From a virus (lineage: Duplodnaviria; Heunggongvirae; Uroviricota; Caudoviricetes), in IMG/VR virus record IMGVR_UViG_3300047476_001238, positions 79,712-137,196 of that record: a DNA stretch of 57,485 nt; one strand, given 5' to 3'. Shown piece after piece: positions 1-9,069 of the stretch. A program made the position numbers and the translations under genes. Under the pieces are notes generated by a model. The model had not been told where the DNA came from. It searched no databases and saw only the letters and a program-made list of their open reading frames with translations. The number at the start of each line of letters is the position of its first letter. Positions within the stretch are counted from its first letter, which is position 1.

Positions 1-1148
1 TAATTTTCCTTTGATAAATTCCTACTTAGTAGTTTTTTGTACTCTTCTAAACTTTGTGCTTTTGGGGCACAGAACCCACACATACAAATGTCTTTTACAC
101 ATTTTATAATAGGAGGCTCAGTGCTGTCAAGTTGTATTTTTAATTGTTTTAATATAGATTGGTAATTATTTAGATTGCCCAATGGTTCGACCCGACCTGT
201 TGTGCTGGTTTTGCAATCTTTGTTTGTGAATACTGCGCCATCCAGTTGCCTTACAAATAGAAAAAACCAATTTACACTACAATACCAATCCTTGAAACCT
301 TGTTTTGGTACATACGACGCACAAGATTTTAAATCTCCATTGAGACTGAGTTTTCTGCCACCACAACAAGGTCTTCCTTGATCAATGCTTGATACTTCAC
401 TTTTTTGTTCTGTGATGTTGATAAATTTCTGATACTGATCTTTTTTTGATTCCGGTACTTCACCAATCCAAAATGTTTTTAATTTTGAAAATTGTTCAGC
501 CGAGTATTTCCATTCTGGTCCAGAATTGTCAAGCGGTTTTAGTACATATCGAATATTATTGTCCTTACAGAACTGTACCAAGGATTCAGCATCTTCGAAT
601 AATTCTTTGTTGTTGTGCATCATAACAGCACATTTAAATCGCTTGTTTTGCGACTTGAGATACATGATGTTATCTTTGTACTGTTGTTTTTGTTTGGGTA
701 AACTTTCCGAATGATAACTCATTGTAAAATCATCAACTAGCGAAACTATCCGTTCCCATTGATTTTTTCCTACTACCCCGTTTGTGGTACATGCAATAGT
801 AAGATGCCATTTGTCTTTGAACGGCTGATACCTATTTCTACATTCTTTTAATATTTCAACTATGTCTGGATGAAACAAACTTTCACCACCGTAGACGTTT
901 AGTATAACTTTTCGTTGGCTGGGTTTTTTATGTTGCATGTATAAATCAACATACTGGTACATAAAATCAATAGTTTGTAAACATTGTTCTTTTGGTGGAT
1001 GCTTGGTTGTGTTATCGTGTCCACCATCGATACCTTGAGCGCAATAACTGCAATCAAGATTGCAAAGCTTGGTCAATTCCCAATCCAGTAAAAATGCAGG
1101 AACATTGGTTGGATCTAGTGCAAATGCTATTGAATTTACTTCATCCAT
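1..1148 (-). CDS. Radical SAM protein with C-terminal Cys-rich (SPASM-like) region; 382 codons, stop codon cut by the window edge; absent from the ORF track
   Basis: Manual translation from ATG at 1148: MDEVNSIAFALDPTNVPAFLLDWELTKLCNLDCSYC (CxxxCxxC), YGGES, C-terminal CCGG...WYCSVNW...CVKDICMCGFC. The frame stays open to base 3 and ends in TA at the edge. Confidence 0.9.
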   Translation of the reverse strand, partial: MDEVNSIAFALDPTNVPAFLLDWELTKLCNLDCSYCAQGIDGGHDNTTKHPPKEQCLQTIDFMYQYVDLYMQHKKPSQRKVILNVYGGESLFHPDIVEILKECRNRYQPFKDKWHLTIACTTNGVVGKNQWERIVSLVDDFTMSYHSESLPKQKQQYKDNIMYLKSQNKRFKCAVMMHNNKELFEDAESLVQFCKDNNIRYVLKPLDNSGPEWKYSAEQFSKLKTFWIGEVPESKKDQYQKFINITEQKSEVSSIDQGRPCCGGRKLSLNGDLKSCASYVPKQGFKDWYCSVNWFFLFVRQLDGAVFTNKDCKTSTTGRVEPLGNLNNYQSILKQLKIQLDSTEPPIIKCVKDICMCGFCAPKAQSLEEYKKLLSRNLSKEN

Positions 1149-2289
1149 ATTGATACAATTCTTTAAAAATGTTCTTACTGTTTAGTCCTCGACGAGTGTC
1201 AATCTGTTCAATCATTTCAAATGCCTGAGCTAGATTTTTTACTATGGGTTTATCTAGACACAATGCAAGATTTCTATAACTGTTTTCTAACAAAAATCCT
1301 GGCAATTGATTTATACGATTATGCAGCTCGTTTTTAATTGTGTCTAACACACTGTCTGGCAGATGCCGTATATCTAGATATCCAGGATTGGTCACTGGTC
1401 CAATAATAAAACTGTTATTATGAAATCCTAATCCTTTTAAAAAATCAATACAATCAAATAGCGATCGATGATTTAACAAAAAATGCAACATGTTAAATGA
1501 AATTTTATGATTTAAACTTTTAATGGTAGTTAAATTATCAACAAAGTCGTGCCATGATCCGCCGTATCTGATATATTCGTATTCTTCTTCAACAGTTTCT
1601 ACACTAACTGTCCAATGCACATTTTTGAATTTACAGATCAATTCAAATATTTTTGTGTCGACTTTACTTAAATTTGTATTAACACGTAAATTTACATCTG
1701 GATTATCTACATACAGATGTTCGAGTAATTCTAAATTTTCTTTCATTAACAATGGCTCGCCGCCAGCTAGATAAACGTGCTTTAGTTTCTTGGCGCTGCC
1801 TAATATATAGTCTTTGAATTGTTGTCTTTGTTGATCGGTAGGTACAGGTATTTTTACATTTAATTCGTTAGCCCATCGGCTGCTAAAATCTGGTCCGCAA
1901 TAAACACAGGCCATATTGCACAAATTGGTCCAACGTACATCAACTGTGTGTAAATCAAATTTATCTGGCTGTTGATAAAGAGTCAGCGGAACTTGTTTTA
2001 ATTCTCGCAAATAAAATACTCGGTCACTGATAATATCAAATTTATTTTTCTCCTGCTCTAATTCATAACAAGGAAAACAATTTGAGCCAGGACTATTACC
2101 AATCATTTTGGTTCGAGTTTCAGTATTTTTAAATCCGTTTACTATCTCTTGTATAGAATTGTTTTGAATATTGCCAATTGGTCCTGCACTCCTGATACAG
2201 TTTTTTACATTGCCATCAAAATTGTACATCAGCCCAGTCCATGGCATGGGGCAAAAATTACGATTGGTTAGATATTCTTTGCTATCCAT
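1141..2289 (-). CDS. Radical SAM protein with N-terminal SPASM/twitch-like domain
   Basis: CNMACVYC, AGGEP, N-terminal FCPMPW...DGNVKNC...CFPC. Confidence 0.9.
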   Translation of the reverse strand: MDSKEYLTNRNFCPMPWTGLMYNFDGNVKNCIRSAGPIGNIQNNSIQEIVNGFKNTETRTKMIGNSPGSNCFPCYELEQEKNKFDIISDRVFYLRELKQVPLTLYQQPDKFDLHTVDVRWTNLCNMACVYCGPDFSSRWANELNVKIPVPTDQQRQQFKDYILGSAKKLKHVYLAGGEPLLMKENLELLEHLYVDNPDVNLRVNTNLSKVDTKIFELICKFKNVHWTVSVETVEEEYEYIRYGGSWHDFVDNLTTIKSLNHKISFNMLHFLLNHRSLFDCIDFLKGLGFHNNSFIIGPVTNPGYLDIRHLPDSVLDTIKNELHNRINQLPGFLLENSYRNLALCLDKPIVKNLAQAFEMIEQIDTRRGLNSKNIFKELYQYG

Positions 2290-2827
2290 AATTTACGCCC
2301 AAAGATATTTCACTTACCTCCAAGTTAGGACCAGCATCTAATATTGCTATCAACTGAGCTGCCCATTCGTTTACATCGGCATAGGGCCTGGGGGCAGTTT
2401 GACCTGGCTGTGTAGCAACTGCGCCTGGCTTGACCAAACAAATTTTTGGACCAGTGTGAAAATTTTTCAATTGCGAAACAGCTTCCTCTAAAGATTTTTT
2501 CTGCACATAGTATTCGGTCATTTCTATTCCGGGCAACACACTCACAGGCAAAGAAGTGAGCATGGTACTGATATTGATAATTTTTTTATTGGGTTGCTGT
2601 TGCCACAATTTGTACACTGCAAACAGTAGTTCAGTTTGAGCGAACCCTACTTGTGCATTGTTAATAAAAATATCACAAGATTCAATTGCGGAAGCCACTT
2701 TGGTAATACTTCTAATGTTATATCCGTTGCGTCTACTCAAGCCAACAATTTCATGTCCGTTGCTGGCATATATTTCTGCCAATGCCTGACCTATACCTGC
2801 TGTATGACCTGTTATCGCTATTTTCAT
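2282..2827 (-). CDS. Short-chain dehydrogenase/reductase (SDR)
   Basis: ITGHTAGIG nucleotide-binding motif, INNA, NISTM, catalytic YxxxK (YYVQK). Confidence 0.85.
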   Translation of the reverse strand: MKIAITGHTAGIGQALAEIYASNGHEIVGLSRRNGYNIRSITKVASAIESCDIFINNAQVGFAQTELLFAVYKLWQQQPNKKIINISTMLTSLPVSVLPGIEMTEYYVQKKSLEEAVSQLKNFHTGPKICLVKPGAVATQPGQTAPRPYADVNEWAAQLIAILDAGPNLEVSEISLGVNYG

Positions 2828-3772
2828 TTATAAGCCCCGCAATGTTTTTTGTTCAGTGATAAATGCATCCAATTCTGTTTGATTATTTTTGTCTACTGAT
2901 ACTATACCTGGAAAAATATTTTTGTACGGAAGTGTTAAATTATTTTCGTACTTGACATTGATTGGATCAGGGCTATGCAAAAATGCATACGAGTGTGCCA
3001 GTTGATGATCGGCTGTAAATTGTTTAATAGCTGTAAAGTTATGGATATTTAATGCACTGACTGTGGTCCATGTATTTAAATCTAACTTATCTATTGCTTG
3101 GTAATGCATTAAATTTTTATAAAAATTATCCCACTTGATAGGCCAACGTACAAAATCGTGTGTTTCTTCAATCCCGTCTAAGCTGACTGTGACAGTTATT
3201 TTAATTCCTCTATTGATCAATTCCTCTATTTCATCAATTATTATTGAACCGTTGGTATTGATTCTAATAGATTTAACATTGGGAGGAGGATTTTTTAAAA
3301 TGTTCTTATAATTTTTACTTGCACTGGGTTCGCCGCCATTGACGTCCAGATGTACTATTCTATCCATTGGCAAATTCCAAAACTTAGAGGAATTGTCCAC
3401 AATTGGATATATTCGTGATTTTAAACTACCAATCTTGGTACTGTGGGTTTCGTTGCAGGTCATGCATCCACTATTACAAATATTGTCAAGCACTCCGCCC
3501 ACAATGAGATAGTCTGGTTGTGTTTGTGTTTGATCAAATTGAATCGCATTCAATCTGATGCTGGTATTTTCGGCTGTTTCGGTCTGCTTGCATCTCAGAC
3601 ACTCTGCAGGCCATAGCCCCTTATGCATATACAATTTTGCATTGCGTAGCCAGAGACTTTGATCCATTTCTTCCATGGAATCAAATTGAGGTGCATTGAC
3701 CATGTGTCCGCAACGACTCACTGTTCCGTTAGAATTAAATCGAACAAAATGACTTAGTCTAGGACATCGCAT
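2828..3772 (-). CDS. Radical SAM protein with N-terminal SPASM/twitch-like domain
   Basis: CNSGCMTC, NGGEP, INTNG, N-terminal CPRL...GTVSRC...CLRC. Confidence 0.9.
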   Translation of the reverse strand: MRCPRLSHFVRFNSNGTVSRCGHMVNAPQFDSMEEMDQSLWLRNAKLYMHKGLWPAECLRCKQTETAENTSIRLNAIQFDQTQTQPDYLIVGGVLDNICNSGCMTCNETHSTKIGSLKSRIYPIVDNSSKFWNLPMDRIVHLDVNGGEPSASKNYKNILKNPPPNVKSIRINTNGSIIIDEIEELINRGIKITVTVSLDGIEETHDFVRWPIKWDNFYKNLMHYQAIDKLDLNTWTTVSALNIHNFTAIKQFTADHQLAHSYAFLHSPDPINVKYENNLTLPYKNIFPGIVSVDKNNQTELDAFITEQKTLRGL

Positions 3773-4362
3773 AAATCCATGCTCCGTTGAACAACTTCTT
3801 TGTATACTTCAGGATAACGATGTTGAATCGTTTGTACAATTAATTTAAATGGTACAGTTTTTCCCAATAGGTCTTCAGTTAATACTTTATCAATGGACAA
3901 ATAAAAATGTAGCTTTTCTGTATTAACAGCTTCATCTAACAATGGATCTTGACTTTGGTTAAATTTTAGTGAGGTAATATCCGACAATGCGTCTATAGAA
4001 TTAATTCTAATTTTGGCACGAGTAAATCGTTGCAAATTTACTAGCCAATGAAACTGCGGACAAAAATGTCTGTTTAGAAAAAGATAATTGTTAACGAAGT
4101 GCAGTACTGTGGCTCTATCAAGATTGTTGTTGTGCTGTAAAAATGTATTTACACCAGTGACAAAGCGATCGTAAGGGTTGCGAACATAAATGTCCACTAC
4201 TGAAATATTGGGCAATTCATCATGATTCACAAGTCTAAATCCTGAATTATATAAACTGCTACTGCCGTTTTTATATATAGGATAGACATACCGTTGTGAC
4301 GGTACTATTTCTAGCACATCACAACGGTCCGGGAATATAATGTTATCTAGCTGCGATAACAT
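3754..4362 (-). CDS. Sulfotransferase-like protein (Sulfotransfer_2-type)
   Basis: PIYKNGSSSL resembles the 5'-PAPS-binding loop; VRNPYDRFVTG resembles the 3'-phosphate-binding motif; HFCPQ downstream. Confidence 0.55.
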   Translation of the reverse strand: MLSQLDNIIFPDRCDVLEIVPSQRYVYPIYKNGSSSLYNSGFRLVNHDELPNISVVDIYVRNPYDRFVTGVNTFLQHNNNLDRATVLHFVNNYLFLNRHFCPQFHWLVNLQRFTRAKIRINSIDALSDITSLKFNQSQDPLLDEAVNTEKLHFYLSIDKVLTEDLLGKTVPFKLIVQTIQHRYPEVYKEVVQRSMDLCDVLD

Positions 4363-4370
4363 TAAACGCC

Positions 4371-5372
4371 TTATTTGCTACGGTTTCGAATCATGGCCAA
4401 GATATCCTCGGCTTTCTGACTTGAAGGTTTTGCAGCCGGTGTTTGCACAGGTGCAGTTGCTACTGGTGGCTCGTCATCCTCAAGATCCGGACTCACTGTT
4501 GGCACGAATGGAGCAGCGGGTGCTGCCTTTGCTACAGGAGTAGGTGCTGCGGATTCAGCTGCGTCATCGCTGCTCTTGCCGCCAGTAAAGCCGCTAGGCT
4601 TGAAGTATTGGCTCCAACGATCTGGATCATATGCTTGACCGTCTACGCTTGCTTCAAACATCTCTTTGATCACTTTGAGTTCAACTTCACCTGGACGTTT
4701 TGGTAGGAAGTCGCTCAAGTTGTATAGACCGTGTGAGTCAATTGCTGCTTGCTCTTGTGCAGTTAGAGCAGTCTCTTTGCGGCTCCACTTGCTGGTTGAG
4801 TAGTCTGCATATCCGCCTTTACTAGTCTTTGTGACAGTAAAATCCAGTCCAGCGGTGTAATCAGTAGGCATGCTTTCTAGTTCTGGGTCCATTAGTGCAG
4901 CCTTGATCAAATTAAAAATCTGTGGACTAATAACGAATCTGCGAATAGGATTCTCTGGTGACTTGTCATCCGCTAGAGGATTTTCTCTCACAAAACCTTG
5001 GAACAGATACGATTTCTTCTTCCAGTACTTACGACCCATTTCCTCAAGACCAGGGTCTTTGAACCATGTGCGTACTTCGGCTAGGATGGGGCAAGCGTCG
5101 CCATACATCTCAACACAAGGTACTTGTACAACAACAGGTTTACTATCAGATTGTCCTTTGATTCCTGCAAACGGCAGTCGAATCATTAGTCGCTCAACCC
5201 AGAAGAAGTCGTTCTTGGTATTTGCGTCTGGTAGGAAACGGATTTTTGCACTGGAACCTTCTGGAATGTTCCAGTGTGCGTAGATGGCGTTATCGCCTTG
5301 TGATTGTCCGCCTTGCGAACGAGTTTCTTGCGCTTGTAGTTTTGCGCGGATTTCTGCTAATGAAGTGGCCAT
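4371..5372 (-). CDS. 32: Single-stranded DNA-binding protein, T4 gp32-like
   Basis: KIRFLPD, PCVEMYGDACPI, KKSYLFQGFV, FTVTKTSKGGYADYSTSKW; strong AAGGAG SD. Confidence 0.9.
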   Translation of the reverse strand: MATSLAEIRAKLQAQETRSQGGQSQGDNAIYAHWNIPEGSSAKIRFLPDANTKNDFFWVERLMIRLPFAGIKGQSDSKPVVVQVPCVEMYGDACPILAEVRTWFKDPGLEEMGRKYWKKKSYLFQGFVRENPLADDKSPENPIRRFVISPQIFNLIKAALMDPELESMPTDYTAGLDFTVTKTSKGGYADYSTSKWSRKETALTAQEQAAIDSHGLYNLSDFLPKRPGEVELKVIKEMFEASVDGQAYDPDRWSQYFKPSGFTGGKSSDDAAESAAPTPVAKAAPAAPFVPTVSPDLEDDEPPVATAPVQTPAAKPSSQKAEDILAMIRNRSK

Positions 5373-5413
5373 AATGTTTCTCCTTATAAAATGCCATAAT
5401 GTGTGTGCCTAGA

Positions 5414-5440
5414 TATACAACTGCACCGTGCAATTATATA
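5414..5440 (-). other. 12-bp inverted repeat/hairpin (two G-U pairs) overlapping the -10 box upstream of gp32
   Basis: Minus strand TATATAATTGCA-CGG-TGCAGTTGTATA. Confidence 0.6.
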
Positions 5441-5462
5441 ACAATACTATTTATGCTGTCAA
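5433..5462 (-). promoter_or_regulatory. Composite promoter for gp32: sigma70 TTGACA-N18-TATAAT with a late TAAATA box inside the spacer
   Basis: TTGACA 5462-5457, TATAAT 5438-5433, TAAATA 5453-5448. Confidence 0.75.
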
Positions 5463-5472
5463 ATGAATTTTT

Positions 5473-6036
5473 TTATTTTTTTAACTTGTAGGTACCAAAA
5501 TTGGTATAGCTTGAAACTCTAAATTGCTGCACCGGTGCGAGCATGCCGTGCCATTGTAATGGTTGACTTCCATCTTGATTTGGTCCATTCAACATTAGAT
5601 ACCCAGAGTTTGCTTTGAACTTGCATTGATATTTTACACAATTTGCGTTCTTGAACTCAAAAAATGTAGTACCGTAATTGTCAGAATCAGCGGCCCAATA
5701 TATTTGCATACTAGCTGGCAGGTGCCCATCGGTATGTATCGGAACAATAAAATTTGGTTCGTCGTACCACCACATGGTAAACGGATAATACTCGAATTGA
5801 ATTCCCAATTCTTGTTCAATTTGAATCTTATTTTTTAAAACTTGATCATCAAATTTTTGAAAAAGTTCAAAATTTGAAATGTCTAATTGTCGACGTCGCC
5901 AAGTTTCTTGTTGTTCACCTCTGGTCCACTGAATATTGTCCCAGTTTGTATCAAGAACTCGTTCAGCCAAATCGTTTGGTAAAAAATTTTCAACGGAGAA
6001 TAGTCGGTAGTCTTTGTCTACCGGCTTAATAATCAT
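5473..6036 (-). CDS. 2-oxoglutarate/Fe(II) oxygenase-like protein
   Basis: HxD (IHTD), distal His (QWHG) and Arg (FRVS) in the expected order. Confidence 0.7.
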   Translation of the reverse strand: MIIKPVDKDYRLFSVENFLPNDLAERVLDTNWDNIQWTRGEQQETWRRRQLDISNFELFQKFDDQVLKNKIQIEQELGIQFEYYPFTMWWYDEPNFIVPIHTDGHLPASMQIYWAADSDNYGTTFFEFKNANCVKYQCKFKANSGYLMLNGPNQDGSQPLQWHGMLAPVQQFRVSSYTNFGTYKLKK

Positions 6037-6037
6037 A

Positions 6038-7480
6038 TTAGAATTTTAAGCCAGCTAGACGACGTAAAAAAGACAAATCTTCTGATACTACCGGTTCATC
6101 CATTGTGGTTGCACCAGTGGGCTGCGGCTGCGGTGTAGGCTGTTGTGGAGCCGGCTGTGTATTGGCATTTTGTTGCTGCATTATCTGCATAAACTGGTTA
6201 GCCAATGCGTTTTCTCCATTTGATGCTAACCAACCAATAATGGTTCTTCTAGCATCTGCATCCGGTCCTTGTACCTTACTTAATTTTATCAAGGCTTGAT
6301 TTAAATCTTCGCTATTAAGAAAATTGATATTTGATAGAGCTGCAATAGCGTCAGAAGCGTCAATACCAACTGCAATTGGAGTTTGCATTAGATCGCTTAG
6401 ATCTTGTTCATCTCTGTCATCGGTGTCGTCGGTCCAGGTCTGTTCTGTAATGTCGTTGGCCCAAGACTCAAATTCCACAGTCATTGGGGTGTCCATTTTT
6501 TGTTTATTTTTGTAGGCGCGATACACATAAGGCAATGCCTCGTTGAATCTGTCATCGTAAATTTTCTTAACAAAACGTTCGCGCAATGAATCAACGTCAA
6601 CTTCATCTAGTTCCTGCGATTGACCACACATATTCATTAACAATTCGTGTCCTTTGCGACCTTGTAAACGCTTTAAATTGTTTTTGACTTCGTTGTAGCG
6701 ATGTATAGCAGATTCAACCATGCCACTTGTTTCTGCGTCCTCAAATGTACGATTACGCATTGAACGCACAAAGTGTTTCATGCTGGCCATTTCCTTGACC
6801 ATTTCATTGATTAATGCTGCGCCTTCGTCATCCATGCGTCCTTCGTGGCGTAAATGATTGGCTATAGCTCTAGCGCCATGCAAGTTTGTATGGGGCAATA
6901 AGAATCTTTCTCCTAATGGAGTTTCTACGAACACATGCTCAATCTGACGTCCACGAGCACCGTGGCGTTCTGGATCAATTTGATCCTTGTGTTTAATTAT
7001 TAGCTTGTGTGTTCCAACATCACCGTAGCTGACTCTGCGGTTGTTTCCATGTCCGTACAATTTGCTTTCTGCTATAGCCAGCTCTTCTTTGTCGTATGTG
7101 GCATCAGATACACTTTGCTGTTTGATGTCTTTGAGATCTAAATTGCTACGATTGATATCTCTTACATCAAACGATAACATGTTGCGTCGTGCAAATTCTC
7201 TCAGGCCGCGAAGAAATCTATACCATTCTGTTTCTTGCTCTTCATCTAAAGCATTGGTAATGTTTGATCCAAAATAAACTTTGATGCTGTCTTCGTCAAT
7301 TAAACTGACAGTGACATTACCAAAGTTTTCTCCGCTTTCGCTGATATAATCAAAATTAAAAAAACGGGCTTGTTCGGGATCGGTGACTCGTTGAGCGTTT
7401 TCGTCACCAATATTGACGTGGTCAAAACGGGCACGTATTTTATCAAATAAAGCAGCTGAAATTTTGTTTAGTTCTCGCAT
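6038..7480 (-). CDS. Hypothetical late protein, probably head-associated
   Basis: 480 aa; TAAATA box 7 nt before the ATG; ends FLRRLAGLKF, like the scaffold C-terminus. Confidence 0.6.
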   Translation of the reverse strand: MRELNKISAALFDKIRARFDHVNIGDENAQRVTDPEQARFFNFDYISESGENFGNVTVSLIDEDSIKVYFGSNITNALDEEQETEWYRFLRGLREFARRNMLSFDVRDINRSNLDLKDIKQQSVSDATYDKEELAIAESKLYGHGNNRRVSYGDVGTHKLIIKHKDQIDPERHGARGRQIEHVFVETPLGERFLLPHTNLHGARAIANHLRHEGRMDDEGAALINEMVKEMASMKHFVRSMRNRTFEDAETSGMVESAIHRYNEVKNNLKRLQGRKGHELLMNMCGQSQELDEVDVDSLRERFVKKIYDDRFNEALPYVYRAYKNKQKMDTPMTVEFESWANDITEQTWTDDTDDRDEQDLSDLMQTPIAVGIDASDAIAALSNINFLNSEDLNQALIKLSKVQGPDADARRTIIGWLASNGENALANQFMQIMQQQNANTQPAPQQPTPQPQPTGATTMDEPVVSEDLSFLRRLAGLKF

Positions 7481-7496
7481 AGTATATTATTTATCG

Positions 7497-9059
7497 TTAA
7501 ATCATTATAAAGGGCATAGGCGCTATATAGTCATCAATGCTGTCTTTTAGCTTTTCATCCAGTTCCGAATCATAGCTTTGCAAGCCCTGCACCATTCTGA
7601 GTACCAGCAGGGTTGAAGTCACCAAATCGTCGGTTTCGCCAATTTTTGCAGCAAATCCAGGTCCATTTGCAACAAAAGTCTTTAGCTCACTGATTAAATT
7701 TTTGCTTGAAATTGTCATCTTTTTATTTTCAATGAGATTCTTGAGTTTGGCGCAAACTGCAATTTTGGTTTTATTGGTTGTAGTAAATCCTTTGCGATGT
7801 ATTCTAGCCTGACCTACTTTGACTGGCTGACTTAGGAATGTTCCTTTGATATTTTCTTCTCCTATTTCGTTGATAACAACCAGTGCCGCTTCGCCCAGGG
7901 TATTATTTTCAACGCTGTAGTAGATGTCGTTTTGTGTCCCAATCGAATCATACAAGTATTCGCATATTTCTTTAAGAATAGCAATTTGTCGTTGAATTGG
8001 GGTTTTGTTGTGCTGCCATTCACCAATTTGAATCATTGTGGGTAATTCAAACACTTGTATAGCAGCAGGGTCGCCACCGGTGCCCAAGCTTGGGTCCAGC
8101 CCAAGCACATAAGTTTTGCCACGTTGTGGTTTTTGATACCAACGTACTTGGCCTTGTCGTTCTATTGGCTCGCGTCCTTCAAGTTCGGCAAGAGTAGATG
8201 CATTAATTAGTGTTTCATCGTAAATCAAAAACTCACATCCGTGTTCACGTCTGAAACGCTCTTCGCCAATACGGCCAATTTCTTCAGATTTCCATTTCTC
8301 ATCACGATCTGGGTGTTCGTCCCAGCGAGCGCGGTATGCTTTGAATCCGTTTATGCCTATTGCTGTTGGATTCCCGAATTCGTCCGTACACTTGTTGGCC
8401 TGTTTCCATATTGTAGCAAATTGGTCTTCGTCACTGTTTGGCGTTGATGTAATAATTGCTTTACCGCCAGTGCTCAGTGTAGGTGATATGGAAGTCCAAA
8501 ACTCTTTGGCTATAGTGGGGCGCACAAACGCAAATTCGTCACAGTATAGTAGTGTAATACTCATACCTCGTCCGGTTGTTTCTGTTGTTGTTTGTGCAAC
8601 AATACGCGAACCATTTTCAAAATCTATACTGCCTTTGTTATAACTGGTGACACCGGCTCTAATAAAATCCGGACACAGTTCGTATGCATAACGCACACGT
8701 TGCATAATCTCTTGGGCGCCAGTATATTTGTGTGCTGCAATCAAGATTGTACTATCTGGTTTAAACATTGCATACCAAAGCAAGTATCCTGCTGCCGACG
8801 TAGACTTACCGGTCTGTCGAGGCATGAGACTGATACTGAATCTATTGTGATGATAAGTATCTATTAGCTTTACTTGATATTCAAACGGGTGATATAACAT
8901 TTTCCCTTTAACGGGATGTTGTATATAAAAATAATTGTCCATAAAATATTGCGGACCGTCAACTGGATCAGCACACCTTGCGAATTCCAGAATCTGGTCC
9001 TCGGTCATGTTGACTTTTTGATACGGACTCTTTATAATACTATTTGCATCGTTTTTCAT
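7497..9059 (-). CDS. 17: Terminase large subunit, T4 gp17-like (start refined from 9095 to 9059)
   Basis: Walker A PRQTGKS, Walker B LLYCDEFAF, ITSTPN, nuclease GLDPS and DDLV motifs. Confidence 0.95.
   Translation of the reverse strand: MKNDANSIIKSPYQKVNMTEDQILEFARCADPVDGPQYFMDNYFYIQHPVKGKMLYHPFEYQVKLIDTYHHNRFSISLMPRQTGKSTSAAGYLLWYAMFKPDSTILIAAHKYTGAQEIMQRVRYAYELCPDFIRAGVTSYNKGSIDFENGSRIVAQTTTETTGRGMSITLLYCDEFAFVRPTIAKEFWTSISPTLSTGGKAIITSTPNSDEDQFATIWKQANKCTDEFGNPTAIGINGFKAYRARWDEHPDRDEKWKSEEIGRIGEERFRREHGCEFLIYDETLINASTLAELEGREPIERQGQVRWYQKPQRGKTYVLGLDPSLGTGGDPAAIQVFELPTMIQIGEWQHNKTPIQRQIAILKEICEYLYDSIGTQNDIYYSVENNTLGEAALVVINEIGEENIKGTFLSQPVKVGQARIHRKGFTTTNKTKIAVCAKLKNLIENKKMTISSKNLISELKTFVANGPGFAAKIGETDDLVTSTLLVLRMVQGLQSYDSELDEKLKDSIDDYIAPMPFIMI
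9010..9038 (+). promoter_or_regulatory. Sigma70 promoter for the HNH gene, lying inside the 5' end of gene 17
   Basis: TTGACT 9010-9015, 17-nt spacer, TATAAT 9033-9038. Confidence 0.7.
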
Positions 9060-9069
9060 AATAATACTT

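Noticed and set aside
175-714. Plus-strand ORFs 175-381 and 526-714
   Set aside because: They are antisense shadows of the radical SAM gene at 1-1148.
7497-9059. Intein or intron in terminase, capsid or sheath
   Set aside because: Terminase (520 aa) and capsid (398 aa) have normal size with continuous motifs. The sheath's extra length looks like beta-rich surface domains, with no splicing motifs noticed.
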